Source: Paraphysomonas bandaiensis (Eukaryota > Protista > Chrysophyceae). Taken from it: a stretch of DNA of 64,000 nt. The notes beneath the pieces are model-generated. The model was not told the origin of the DNA, made no database searches, and saw only the letters and a program-made list of their open reading frames with translations. Location of the stretch: positions 1 to 64,000 of the forward strand of contig CBFFRP010000461.1 in NCBI GenBank assembly GCA_965644295.1. Direction: 5' to 3'. A program made the position numbers and the translations under genes. This document shows positions 37,301 to 40,376 of this stretch, piece by piece (the first letter of the stretch is position 1; each line of letters begins with the position of its first letter).

Positions 37301-40260
37301 AGTATATGGATATAGGAAACCCGGGTTTTCCAGCTTTTATAGGAAGTGGGATTTATAGGAAGTGGGATTTATAGGAAGTGGGATTTATAGGAAGTGGAAA
37401 TCGATGAAGTGGGTTTCGATAAAGTGGGTGCACACCTATATATATACATACATACATACATACATACATACGTACATACATACATACATACATACATACA
37501 TACATACATACATACATACATACATACATACATACATACATACATACATACATACATACATAAATACAGTGTTATGGGGGCTCAGGTGATATGATTGTTA
37601 TTGTTTTATAGAATGGTTGGACGGCTCTTCACTATGCTGCCTTTGAAGGTCGCAGAGATATATGTGCATATCTCATAAGGGAAGGAGCAGACACTAATAT
37701 AAGAAACACTGTAAGTAACCCCCGTATGCATACATACATACATACATACATTCAAGATATGAGGGCTCATATGTAAGTATTCATATTATATGTACTTCAC
37801 TGACTCATTCTGTGAAAGGCGATATGAATATGCGGCGATATACAGTGTCACTTCTTCTTATGATATATGTTATTTTGCAGAATGGAAGGACTCCTGTTGA
37901 TGTGGCAAGGAATGATGCGACGCGTAATATCATCAGAAATGCACATGTTAGTATGTATACTGTATGTGTTCATCTTATTCGTAGAACCAGAGATATAACC
38001 TCATTGGAATCATATGTGTATTGTATAGGCTGAGAGACAGAGGCAGCAAGAGAAGGAGGCTGCTGCTGCCGCTGCTGCAGAGGTATGTGTAATATGGTGA
38101 TGTAGTTATATGGTATGATATGTTGATAGTATTGGTATAGTTGGTGTATTATATATAGGTATCGAATATGTTTGGTTGTTATTGAGTTTGTGTGTACTGT
38201 ATAGACTGAGAGGCATAGGCAGAGACAGCAAGATGAGGAAGCTGCTGCTGCGGCTGCTGCAGAGGTATGTGTGATGGTGATGTAGTTATGTGGTATATTG
38301 ATAGTATTGGTATGGTTGGTATATTGGTAAAGGTGTCCAATATGTTTTGGTTGCAATTGAGTATGTGTGTACTGTAATGTATAGGCTGAGAGGCAGAGAA
38401 AGGAAGTGGAGGAAGCTGCTGCAGAGGTATGTGTGATATGGTGATGTAGTTATATGGTATGATATGTTGATAGTATTGGTATGGTTGGTGTATTATATAT
38501 AGGTATCGAATATGTTTTGGTTGTAATTGAGTTTGTGTGTACTGTATAGACTGAGAGGCATAAGCAGAGACAGCAAGATGAGGAAGCGGCTGCTGCAGAG
38601 GTATGTGTGATGGTGATGTAGTTATGTGGTATATTGATAGTATTGGTATGGTTGGTATATTGGTATAGGTGTCCAATATGTTTTGGTTGTAATTGAGTAT
38701 GTGTGTACTGTAATGTATAGGCTGAGAGGCAGAGAAAGGAAGTGGAGGAAGCTGCTGCAGAGGTATGTGTGATATGGTGATGTAGTTATATGGTATGATA
38801 TGTTGATAGTATTGGTATGGTTGGTGTATTATATATAGGTATCGAATATGTTTTGGTTGTAATTGAGTTTGTGTGTACTGTATAGACTGAGAGGCATAAG
38901 CAGAGACAGCAAGATGAGGAAGCGGCTGCTGCAGAGGTATGTGTGATGGTGATGTAGTTATGTGGTATATTGATAGTATTGGTATGGTTGGTATATTGGT
39001 ATAGGTGTCCAATATGTTTTGGTTGTAATTGAGTATGTGTGTACTGTAATGTATAGGCTGAGAGGCAGAGAAAGGAAGTGGAGGAAGCTGCTGCAGAGGT
39101 ATGTGTGATATGGTGATGTAGTTATATGGTATGATATGTTTGATAGTATTGGTATGGTTGGTGTATTATATATAGGTGTCGAATATGTTTTGGTTGTAAT
39201 TGAGTTTGTGTGTATTGTACAGGATGCACTGCCGAAGTCTTTCTTCGCCATACATGATTTGGCCGGTGATTTACAATCCCTAAAAATCGCCGATCAGGAG
39301 CAGGAGACAGCGCAAGAGAGGGCTCGCCTGGAGAGAGAACGACAAGCTCGCATGAGAGTGTGTTGTGTGTGTCTAGATGATGAGGTAGATGTGTGCCAGG
39401 GACTTCAGTGCGAAGGAGAAACTCGACATTTTACTTGCGAAGTTTGTCTTAACGCTTATGTCAAAGCTGAGGCCACGTCAGAGAAGGGACGACGTCGACT
39501 AGTTCATATATGGGATATATCTGGGCAACGAGACCTTTACCTTCGAGGCAATAAAGAAGATATTCTGAGGGAGTTCAAGCAAGTAGCTAACAGCACGGAG
39601 CTACAAAAGCCTTGGCCCAACATGAGGGCCCCTGACTTTGAAGGGGTTTGGGAGGAGCGAACAGATTATGGTGGCGAGTTCCGAATCATGTGTCCCTACC
39701 ATTCTCACGGGTGTAATGTGGGTCCCTTCGATTCCCATAAAGTGGTACGGCTATTAACAGAAGAGGTTCACCGTTTGTATCAACGCAGTGAGCGTGAGCT
39801 TGTTGCCTGGCGGGAAAGTTGCCAATTCGAAGAGGCTCAGCGGCTGGAGAAGATTCGCCTCGCCGCCTTATCCGAGAAGGACAGAGCGATACAAACTCAC
39901 AGTAACTACATTAGGGATTGTATATTGTCGCTCAGATGTCCGAGATGTGCGTGGCTGTTCACTGCAGATAGCTTAGACTATGACCATTGTCTAGCTCTTT
40001 ATTGCCCGAATTGCAACTGTGGTTTCTGTGGGTACTGCCTTTACGACTGTGGCGACGATGCCCACCAACACACTGCCAATTGCAAATACAATAACCGTAA
40101 ACCTAGTGTATTTACCCGTCGGACGGACTATGAGGAGTCCCAGCGGCTTCGCAGGACGGAGTCGTTGAAAGCCTACTTAGCTACTATTCGTGTGGGAATT
40201 CGTGAGGAGGTAGAAAACGCTGTGACGGAAATCATTTCAGCATTAGCGATCACTATCTAA
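8591..40260 (+). CDS. Host ankyrin-repeat / helical-stalk / RING-IBR (RBR-like) E3 ubiquitin ligase, 14 exons, about 645 aa
   Basis: All-phase-0 GT-AG exons: 8591-8686, 9094-9192, 9300-9398, 9490-9588, 37612-37710, 37881-37946, 38029-38082, 38205-38264, 38385-38426, 38550-38600, 38721-38762, 38886-38936, 39057-39098, 39223-40260. Ankyrin motif GxTALHxAAxxG...LIRxGAD. Last exon has a RING (CCVC...C...HFTCEVC...CP...C) and an IBR/Rcat-like motif (CPRC...CLALYCPNCNCGFCGYC...HQH). Intron sequences either side of the 28-kb gap match the other ankyrin introns. Confidence 0.85.
8694..9059. repeat. (TACA)n microsatellite, intron 1
   Basis: Direct tetranucleotide run with a few variant units. Confidence 0.97.
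9604..10316. repeat. (TACA)n microsatellite, intron 4, left of the MULE insertion
   Basis: About 0.7 kb of TACA units; the run resumes at 37445 after the insertion. Confidence 0.97.
10718..13642 (+). CDS. MULE transposase fused to a C-terminal HECT E3 ubiquitin-ligase domain (974 aa)
   Basis: FLYWCH-like YWVCEAGDAC...H; DDE core YTDGTFK, MADFE, GCYFHFCK, RTNNHMEGYH; Pro/Ala linker; HECT motifs DAGGV, FGKLM, IKQGF, KLMVFICG, LPKSHTCHNQLDL and terminal GFGFA. Confidence 0.88.
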   Translation: MFNKQLPLLSSKQRRLLYWQRHVYTRNSLKQTVDGRYKVYWVCEAGDACTGRAVSTRESEDGEDTDIRVTKPHTAVVFDYEETEAENLETPCQVTEIVYINRQAKAQFLAHFANGVVDAYRTMAISLQNPELTSPEYVAARGFAHFRTHDSLTSQSSRARIAVVGRSPISVHEINIPPDSPLRNLPSSNELFLRHVGDLRDSKCLIFHTDAFFERLCGANMVYTDGTFKVMPIIFGNSGQLLTIHFITGERSMPGLYAILPGKSIDDYIYVLQYIKRTAQTREIPIAWQRAMADFEDGLVNAFRREFPNIDMRGCYFHFCKCIYKHVNENHDLRHLYHNELSNFRLFVRCIMALAFLPPHEIEEAFNELKQAFIQSNPHLVGVDSLDMFNGYFYRTWLRNGDDRIRQWNVHGIVDQRTNNHMEGYHSQLNKSCGIHCVLYHLIKQLMRQQVSFTGELAQLEVGARVNRRRRKWVNLNCTIKRLMSRYSDGDINRQQFLNSVSYYLLVVAVPTAHQNRISPAVRAAINAAGVGIPTLNAPVAEQQPLAPPAATIQEPLVSPAHNPVTPRAPVVTTDIPVVVIDMAAENDDYNPLSLRERIKAYVDNNRTGNRYTWNLFLHVPIPELTSQILSIIHIMTYHDICNGVWICQSENTGDIVTDAGGVFKDVTYRVFTHLRLHYIIEDTVIVNPNFFIQEGRFCLPNPDSFCQNPIGIRFYESFGKLMLLSFLHDGAFPTWLSPIVIAFCCKQDDSHLHLENEILEQHDMGYLVQSSTEELLEVANGLYIPTYGNETQEMLKSTISNYSLIGRRKLCMLAIKQGFCGGQVITDLALHDEEEFIDSVYNVCSDATTFVESCIWEFANAEQAHVLNLLNDVVTNRLTDDQICKLMVFICGNNNYPVEPHITFEFHGNALILPKSHTCHNQLDLSTTRYDGNVTDQDYHQNQTLRDFFGSPPVDRLLNDLLTCFETRGFGFA
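15470..16305 (+). repeat. Left terminal inverted repeat of the virus (about 836 bp)
   Basis: Reverse complement of 36325-37180; GC-rich tip GAGAGGCGGAGGGCCGAGGGG, internal (GGTGAT)n and TTTATTCTATTCAAAATA arrays. Confidence 0.95.
16355..16762 (-). CDS. Viral hypothetical protein (about 135 aa; start probably ATG at 16762)
   Basis: ORF next to the left TIR; ATG directly preceded by the viral TATATA motif; two Cys-Cys pairs. Confidence 0.65.
   Translation of the reverse strand: MGYGIKYFDCCGHVDSELNGYYDEDNDKFIHTKLSNCCEKPLNKSEGEINNILNKYCRRYISSRTLSYPSKEILEDYISRNNLKERKNENIFKKLYLWDKFWESIMYVIENEGDEKKMKTKKWKYSLNVIDNLMY
16792..17589 (-). CDS. Viral galactose-binding/discoidin (F5/8 type C-like) protein
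   Basis: GEWVQVQLP...YILGSDDGTTW...RYSIIRIVI pattern typical of F5/8C-like beta-sandwich domains. Confidence 0.7.
   Translation of the reverse strand: MSLSSIINIANHINKYNVVQGNTNTQYQTNVTFPTSFTGLPTAFNGQDVFDTHITKSYSGGSGSTAYANGNYNLICSSYGRYRTADPLNSCNLLFDDSDETFWGNNRYNSGPNGIDNYRDGVFHAMPSGEAYDDTTGNYIGSNGTDYYFSTTYDTSQSIDGEWVQVQLPYKIRLTSISTQERSTSQERTMKACYILGSDDGTTWNYIDDVAFPGTQDSTLFTEAVTTTKRYSIIRIVIASAGYIMFNTINFRLTGDTWSLDSTTE
17662..18717 (+). CDS. Putative fibre/spike protein 1
   Basis: N-terminus MSIYPKPK...FNPSNY shared with fibre 2; YIQKSGDVMSGTL and VSSNIQNQLD shaft-type motifs; beta-rich C-terminus. Confidence 0.6.
   Translation: MSIYPKPKPSNGVFNPSNYTYIKDSIVDVDLTGYIQKSGDVMSGTLVLPSLNLYGDGQLLFNDNSIQTTAMTDALKTDIENTKTKATNLSYDGTNTSISGSVEVSKIIFPNLSEQTLAFTNNLKTTYDNYETEKQDLITSGNRISCSLIGDGLITNDELNKLNNVSSNIQNQLDALGHGLGSISKLYEFNKGEMIGYNSTNITNGNVSGIVSVGSGVLYASSVNISYTSEYNVLAPYTPDVDDFFDSFGYIKKLGRFLIIHQYELGTLESINHFFTHIELHKNGVLHKKSRKSGQHWKANRGSIEYITGEISFYITVDELSTYTLSFDSDFDFDGASSDTTLKSTIEITQI
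18765..19460 (+). CDS. A32/FtsK-HerA family DNA packaging ATPase
   Basis: Walker A GASGGGKS, Walker B LIIFDD, RGRK arginine motif, YLTQ; probable start at 18765. Confidence 0.93.
   Translation: MVDIVNFYELDEVKAFQTESINPNYGKHGIKVPFRILNVGASGGGKSNIVLNMIRIMNNTFHKIILYTRNKKEPLYEYLESKLEDNDDLFEIHEGLEHLRSVNIDKEYFGQTLIIFDDLVNEKNQDIIGEMFLRGRKIGVSLMYLTQKYAKVPTLVREQLNYLIMKKISGKRDITYLMRNHALNGSIEQLLNMYQYCIDDNITNFLLIDLEAPSERAFRKNFNEILNIEAF
19496..20920 (+). CDS. Viral hypothetical charged/acidic protein (474 aa)
   Basis: Long intact ORF in the structural cluster; no recognised motif. Confidence 0.75.
   Translation: MLSSFEIRRLSPKERAKYFRQKELNDLKILSEISKNISEEQQHLKEGITPEVRDNRTLAEKEEDKVLQSQTAQKNALKLFKNDGKEAQEFLNKLKNSRYKNFVDFNKYFLGMFSSLSNKVGKIRANEMYDFVYRYLENQKNTSGIRNLLSSEQEVDAIIRHLTSIAGISNETKNDLNDRLEALQLTLESLIKKYGESKVKQAYEMSDLPDFDEEVDEDTIVPEIQKIDKKSLESFARQFQNYPVSDDYSLYDDYSVSDYHDDSISSITNQDEDFHIYSNTDYDFDFDEEKEEKEETEMKEVKEVYDEKTQRAINKVNSMTLEEMKAMSANVVRLIRILNQGGDEYKDSSTRVNKDDLKSYNEVAPLFTPKGGKATGIQKKSLYNFVKDSGIKTIDRLLRERIAEQEGNIAEAKQPREPRKSITRTIHDIRREEEEMKRKDDDEDEVEEEPQEDIIKDGNGLNIKKVGSMRVRFG
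20970..21428 (+). CDS. Polinton-type conserved small protein (152 aa)
   Basis: C-terminal RFLILQGSIRSGNNS...E...IL...L resembles a motif I recall from uncharacterised Polinton proteins; lies just before the penton. Confidence 0.6.
   Translation: MTIKKNYKKFYKLQINVMKLLDNKLMILYETGSPFSRYIKTRTISPEFASVLLNLIDTNELNYEMIKRLTEEEKKLFNIIMTQSGAKTELKYKEPELTEEDLLKRFLILQGSIRSGNNSNEVLKEGIDILKRLNKIGRIDDEQLNEILNSLE
21467..22357 (+). CDS. Minor capsid protein (penton, single jelly-roll)
   Basis: ITIPDGFYTVELLNKFLQ and FTIELYDQDMRRLD motifs typical of Polinton/PLV pentons; size and position near the MCP. Confidence 0.85.
   Translation: MSDTNYNYNTIILNKNNIVSGSKNSVFKYTFNQSLRLNDCSLAIQSINMYYSWFNISDYFRNNKFSYVWFDNAGDLNTTIDITIPDGFYTVELLNKFLQSELEKRGHYLIQQSTGDFAYHIEFISNVSYYSVQLNVYAMMTAAQAGTDFVKGSETWSYPSTPTTPQLVVSNSSSFGDLIGYSNGSYPSTASSTNTTFLSDKTPNMTPVSSINVVCSMTTQNGFSNPDGLLYSFTSGSVEFGGMIDREPKTESFVKVRDALYSSFTIELYDQDMRRLDIRDAETVIMLIIKSPTNED
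22401..22700 (+). CDS. Small Lys/Glu-rich viral protein (candidate core protein)
   Basis: Between penton and MCP; MIGG candidate protease site; TATATA upstream. Confidence 0.65.
   Translation: MSYYKMIGGTMRRQVIPSHRKEIQEETKEDKIKEDVIIEHKQKVENTKKPNISLSDKLMSIKVKPRTEGKGQDRSKDELFERVNNVSMERLKKFANLKV
22800..24488 (+). CDS. Major capsid protein (double jelly-roll, PLV type, 562 aa)
   Basis: Size, beta-rich composition, GNYSSNQTIFETTTLSNNGK...TIP and NGPTIGY segments, position between penton and protease. Confidence 0.85.
   Translation: MDKAIVDQSFEQAQENVSDFVEWDYSKVSDLQTSGNYSSNQTIFETTTLSNNGKITDYKNGFFTIPIVDVVTGENGGNPVDFTAAHIKESDLLLCRKNSSLNMIDSVSIQYQNQAGIQETRNINQYLIFKQHSEMSLDDEYVNGPTIGYAKDTSDSWSYDEANGLMNNNNAMNHLNGIDYINKCNKGMYERQQVFNKVVDTLNESKRNLVLGNNEKIKEMNRGYVVNTATYKAYYHNAIIRLKDLSSIFEKSPPMKGGLFKITVNFNQCIFKVTKTDNDTMSFSPADFNGRGTNPLMVCSSGYQTLFGGANNSAISDDVYCGGYTIPDGTVLTISSNIAKPQFYPHNTLNVMPCKEQNCFLHIPSYIMKPALQKRYLESPQKQVIYNDVVLFQLFNKSNQVNELITNGLSHVKRMIICPFISSGANGTNQIHPFQSPFTCEPGTCSPYVINNFQVKVSSTNLYPNQINYSYDMFMRELNGKYGVNFNLTTGLCSSRINLKDFINTYGYIVVDLKRKHTDDESVPLSIQLECNITSPKPLDFNIFIEQEKSFGIEVATGKRVD
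24556..25344 (+). CDS. Basic putative core/DNA-condensing protein
   Basis: LSEAQLRKL...KGMRLTL N-terminal module, IEGG candidate cleavage site, Lys-rich body, Cys-rich tail. Confidence 0.6.
   Translation: MHQVKLNLSEAQLRKLSNGHNIQVRPDQIGFGFPVALSDKNLKKIENSYNKSKGMRLTLDNDEIEGGNLKQNIRSAFNKTKKQVKKTLKDPNLGRKVKNTSRKVKNTVNDFAVVGDLGIPVVSDSYNLLNTTTRLGDKLVRSGVDHIEDRKDEKKRSQFVNDFNSLREHANTQSSNSPPTEGSGNPYLPSKQVKKVKKKLTTGSSFRTLGAGVIEVDYKGKKPVKLKDDGSNLVRAGHPGFDPGISTLPNTCCYCSHCGKKK
25362..25856 (+). CDS. Adenain-like (clan CE) cysteine maturation protease
   Basis: Catalytic His (GSHWVAL), Asp (YFDSYG) and Gln/Cys (QIQ...SCGFYC). Confidence 0.92.
   Translation: MDYTTSNIDLTHYLMLKGINLNQIVSKNKLLGKAKNNGNYIINLEDSDKGTGSHWVALKCFKKTCVYFDSYGIAPPREVISFCNKKKLIYSCDQIQGIKDTSCGFYCVYFLYHFNNLRSFKDDIRSLGYHLNLFLKPFDTSNTEKNVKILKRRFKEIYENDLKK
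25916..26461 (+). CDS. Viral hypothetical protein (181 aa), possibly extended to 26547 by a -1 frameshift
   Basis: Intact ORF; T9 run at 26430-26438 followed by an open -1 frame. Confidence 0.75.
   Translation: MKKLTTPSKPTDAMPETYKSIVEVESNSNPFDSFKAPPVIQKQESMRELPPKTLYNHNLKRLKSYRNLRKKYKLDNQKTVFLENLKETLKPLDPRSNKYDSELLVAVLDIAEYFFIYGDKEQRNTMKMEAVVEIMKPYFNNDETYLLHSINNVMHKVKRSNIFRRLATRLRIFFSMTMKAS
26593..27279 (+). CDS. Alpha/beta-hydrolase (class 3 lipase-like) with a short N-terminal helical module
   Basis: VVHRGT, nucleophile elbow GHSLGG, DPVS Asp, C-terminal His; probable start MSKWIQ at 26593. Confidence 0.88.
   Translation: MSKWIQHVKDYSEQNNMKYNEALSDPVCRALYYEMKGGALTADETRKLLKSSYNKKNKDVGNFKVDKHLSGNRTKVYYDEENNMPVVVHRGTNSKKDVLTDAGLLFGHRGNRFKHAKKIQKKAEKKYGTENMHTLGHSLGGLVAEEIGKNSKNVITYNKAISPFEMLKKNQSNQTDIKTSNDPVSSLNYFNNNKKNKTKVFNAKTNNPFKSHSTDALKYLKPDKVIGE
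27294..27683 (-). CDS. FNIP-repeat-like protein
   Basis: IPNTITHLEF and LPQSILKI units. Confidence 0.55.
   Translation of the reverse strand: MKTLTIDIEEINIEEIDSLYSKLQNDKEIRCIVFKDSKMYYILTRPFDMNVRKSDEYMIHTEVSMRKLNKIIKNIPNTITHLEFTKPICWYEKEVFKYLPQSILKIKNENNHIMTREEIKKYSKQTSYK
27800..28123 (+). CDS. Viral hypothetical coiled-coil protein
   Basis: 107-aa ORF with heptad pattern and upstream TATATA. Confidence 0.6.
   Translation: MADFVICLKNELFAIPKTKKPQVQTEISNIVKQIEGYKALIKDLEIQKRKKQVELLSERQQIYYKNPINRNLPSEQLEKTKAYEKRQKLLKEYDDSHGSYIKPEQGY
28187..28354 (-). CDS. Small CxxC...HxxC zinc-finger protein (55 aa; not in the ORF track)
   Basis: MPREIKRKCKHCDKTIKRINNDWNSREYHKKCYKEIEEMKSMIINMEKYKKMYNL; both viral upstream motifs present. 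Confidence 0.75.
   Translation of the reverse strand: MPREIKRKCKHCDKTIKRINNDWNSREYHKKCYKEIEEMKSMIINMEKYKKMYNL
28525..30120 (-). CDS. Putative fibre protein 2 with 49-aa tandem shaft repeats
   Basis: 147-nt period at about 29010-29680, NLTGGTMTGNI neck motif, beta-rich C-terminal head, N-terminal motif shared with fibre 1. Confidence 0.72.
   Translation of the reverse strand: MSIYTKPKTSNNAIFNAENHKQIETARVILNMAEYARLDNAKFTANVEILNGNNLTINNEPQTVAFTDSKNNMLSDMNTRLLNLTENEIQTLDGINTNETIQSQLDTLTASFNGLDALQDIDLINIPNLQTDVANLQAQDIALQNNIDTKHNLIDMNNKLNSSLVYDSTFTDTVDNIISSLNAQIASNDTDITNLQSDKHDLIDVNNKLDSSLVYDSTELNTIDNIIVNLQGQITSNDTDITNLQSDKHDLIDVNNRLDSSLVYDSTELNTMDNIISSLKTQITGNDTDITNLQSDKHDLIDVNNKLDSSLVYDSTELNTIDNIISSLNAQITSNDTDITNLQSDKHDLIDVNNKLDSSLVYDSTFTDTIDNLLSTIDGNITTLENTKLNLTGGTMTGNITTKQISESISTTYTFSSNVLTYNYSNGSIIYFNGLTSDTNFELDITNINSSNLTNTSFTVSVLIDTSTYKAYINTLKVNTVSETLNVSGGLANVDISNVTASGLILQTITIIYTNSGTSPTKVISNIGSYY
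30227..30484 (+). CDS. Small viral hypothetical protein with an internal DHSKFxARS duplication
   Basis: ATG at 30227 preceded by TATATA; 85 aa. Confidence 0.55.
   Translation: MLIDVIIKYKKKSGPLCLELFESLDHSKFTARSVQFFKEIDHSKFNARSSNPNLFWHDYTINIKDFEEFVMHFEDVIDVIHVRII
30507..30636. repeat. About 60-bp tandem repeat (2+ copies) in the viral intergenic region
   Basis: Unit starting AAAATTGGGGGTTTT at 30507 and 30567, partial at 30628. Confidence 0.85.
30671..30860 (-). ncRNA. Candidate structured non-coding RNA locus (two hairpins and a Pol III B-box)
   Basis: 20-bp stem 30671-30690/30713-30732; 10-bp stem 30804-30813/30842-30851 enclosing GGTTCGAAACCC on the minus strand; T5 run downstream. No expression evidence. 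Confidence 0.35.
31249..31455 (-). CDS. Small C2H2-like zinc-finger protein
   Basis: CELC...HYKTVLC preceded by a basic YQKEYYKKNRDK helix. Confidence 0.7.
   Translation of the reverse strand: MNKSEKNIAYQKEYYKKNRDKLIAYNCEKVKCELCDREVCKNRIKLHYKTVLCKRTQEEKKMLEERKK
31555..32571 (+). CDS. Retroviral-type (rve) integrase with C-terminal chromodomain
   Basis: DDE triad MADL, RTDDGNEF, NVEALN; chromodomain YEVYKII...EYLIWWKNY...STWEPEKNL. Confidence 0.94.
   Translation: MNKKSFNDIIKKLDIDETFTKEGKKQKKFNSIRKNTVQKANYNMMADLLELPTTSKGYRYCFVICDLFSRRFDIEPIKNKDSQTVLNAMKECFKRPYIDKPYASIRTDDGNEFKGVFFKYLHDNSILHKVALPNRHKQMANVEALNKQLARLFNGYMNKKEKETKKVFREWTDIVPIVRKDLNEFRENLTVNEPGFINYSIKAKYNVGDVVYEKLDIPENALGHKQNTKNFRVGDYRYSQIPKKIIRVVSFTDKPYYRYILEGLPNTSYSEYELMKAKDEDETKYEVYKIIGKRTKKKKVEYLIWWKNYRKNESTWEPEKNLIEDGFQDMINDYNQNN
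32568..34010 (-). CDS. Short family B DNA polymerase (polymerase domain; no exonuclease recognised)
   Basis: Motif A YDYGAFYP, motif B KHLMSSIWG, motif C IHTDG; 480 aa. Confidence 0.85.
   Translation of the reverse strand: MSFNKKKFINKNGEERVYNKETGENRYLRYFYRENGKTYYMSHDKDDLNCHADELFKDGLNKYNYFELFDGYKGSKEGIIKYMKDFKESCDTLLKDGIFYKKYYNHKSAATLTFVRFSNMKKNSISINNKKVRLENINFKESYVLEKCHNAGLCCLDEKYKDDVIKCYGYDYGAFYPHILSKSDLKIATTKPEFKKLSQDKFMKKLSKGKLKYGVYNVKITIKECNNKTSPSQFYKKFSFSSDDWYTHIDLSYAYSQKDNFELDFKINEQTKDYNTMIYDKDDLIDSKVIFESWYDKLKSMKDKNKNMLIKHLMSSIWGYLCEHKKLYYNQEEFMKLNDEDISDITDKNNTKYKVLKEKMSIDSDDNIKINFTLIDKEQPYKYNIARMKPFLMSYCRCFVAEMIDREGILNDIIRIHTDGIVLNRKHEFKDEYKPLKESKTTGNILWKNTNTYFHKCKKCKRLYSHRTNKLMGKDEMHEC
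34083..34406 (-). CDS. Viral hypothetical protein (107 aa) between helicase and PolB
   Basis: Intact ORF with both upstream motifs. Confidence 0.7.
   Translation of the reverse strand: MNFTVKNVDIVSKGKYKLGAKRVRPKTGNKFQINDIRTLYKALLDDKGIDRHKISISVKTIDNRYLTIKSFKDNEIKDWDDVEYLKNKVKDDKKFLDFVYADFYVKT
34461..36266 (-). CDS. D5-like superfamily 3 helicase
   Basis: Walker A GVGSNGKS, Walker B VWINE, motif C FSAN, GVKRR arginine finger, YKNGYIDL D5-N-like segment; charged tail. Confidence 0.92.
   Translation of the reverse strand: MYFEKQDLLTYDDIIILIDSKSPNERAQIITSKLKKYCFFQNGVLYTYNNKFIVYNATCENKDNVLITMITNYLTESLKNLSKEQRQLIELQKTKEFNKLCENTNVNKNLPQLTVLLQEEEIKFGADYYEIHYKNGYIDLKTLEFKQRMQNKHFVCNYIKRDYIKSSKYQREKIRNILKKIYPKKEDLETILYILGSALTGKATKEQKILFLLGVGSNGKSTIMQITEKAIECYFETLEEDSFSMSNKNPDKTFSSFHGKPYIRMVWINEPKCDKMNATTFKKFCEGEMKGKLLYKNGVHNFNHNALPIFSANLMPNINIDGGVKRRFRGYIHESVFVTDKSKVNEKKHIYMTNRDLLDNIVSEGLLDAWIDILSKFANKWIEGDEIPCPESFQTATDEMIQENDKFQDFIDAKLEITTNGKADRIGKDDMVRLYKELYHGKNISTQTMISLLKTKIDWDREIRCRVTGIKGCFYNVRERTYVKEDDEEDNEDEKQNTNEEAEKVKTLKDEIKQLKERIKELEKSNDEKTTKEDKLNEELEDMDKLFDFSKNTINKSKNKLINTNKKKDEEKKLNKDVNVIKLPEQTDLTDEDIKNFTSFF
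36325..37180 (-). repeat. Right terminal inverted repeat of the virus (about 856 bp)
   Basis: Reverse complement of the left TIR, differing mainly in internal repeat copy number and a TTG/TAAG variant near the tip. Confidence 0.95.
37445..37561. repeat. (TACA)n microsatellite, continuation of intron 4
   Basis: TACA run followed by the same GTGTTATGGGGGCTCA...TTTTATAG intron end seen before the other ankyrin exons. Confidence 0.95.
38029..39222 (+). repeat. Tandem exon-intron array (7 micro-exons; 336-bp two-exon period)
   Basis: Exon starts 38385/38721/39057 and 38550/38886 are 336 bp apart; each exon ends GCTGCAGAG|GTATGT. Confidence 0.9.
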
Positions 40261-40376
40261 TATGCTGTGGAGCGATGAGAAGTTATGATATTTATACGTT
40301 GGATCACATTATTGCACCCACACACTACTGTTCTTCTGATAGTGCTCCCCAACGAATACACAAACTATACTTGAAT

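Larger units (their letters stand above)
10323..37436 (+). mobile_element. Mutator-like (MULE) DNA transposon, about 5.4 kb without the nested virus
   Basis: Imperfect terminal inverted repeats built from CCCACTTCCTATAAA units (10323-10445; inverted at 37311-37436), G...C termini, TATATATA on both flanks, MULE transposase ORF. Confidence 0.85.

Noticed and set aside
38029-39222. Repeat-spacer appearance suggesting a CRISPR array; minus-strand ORFs 37970-39251
   Set aside because: The units are GT-AG exon-intron duplications with repeated, not unique, spacers; no cas genes; eukaryotic context.
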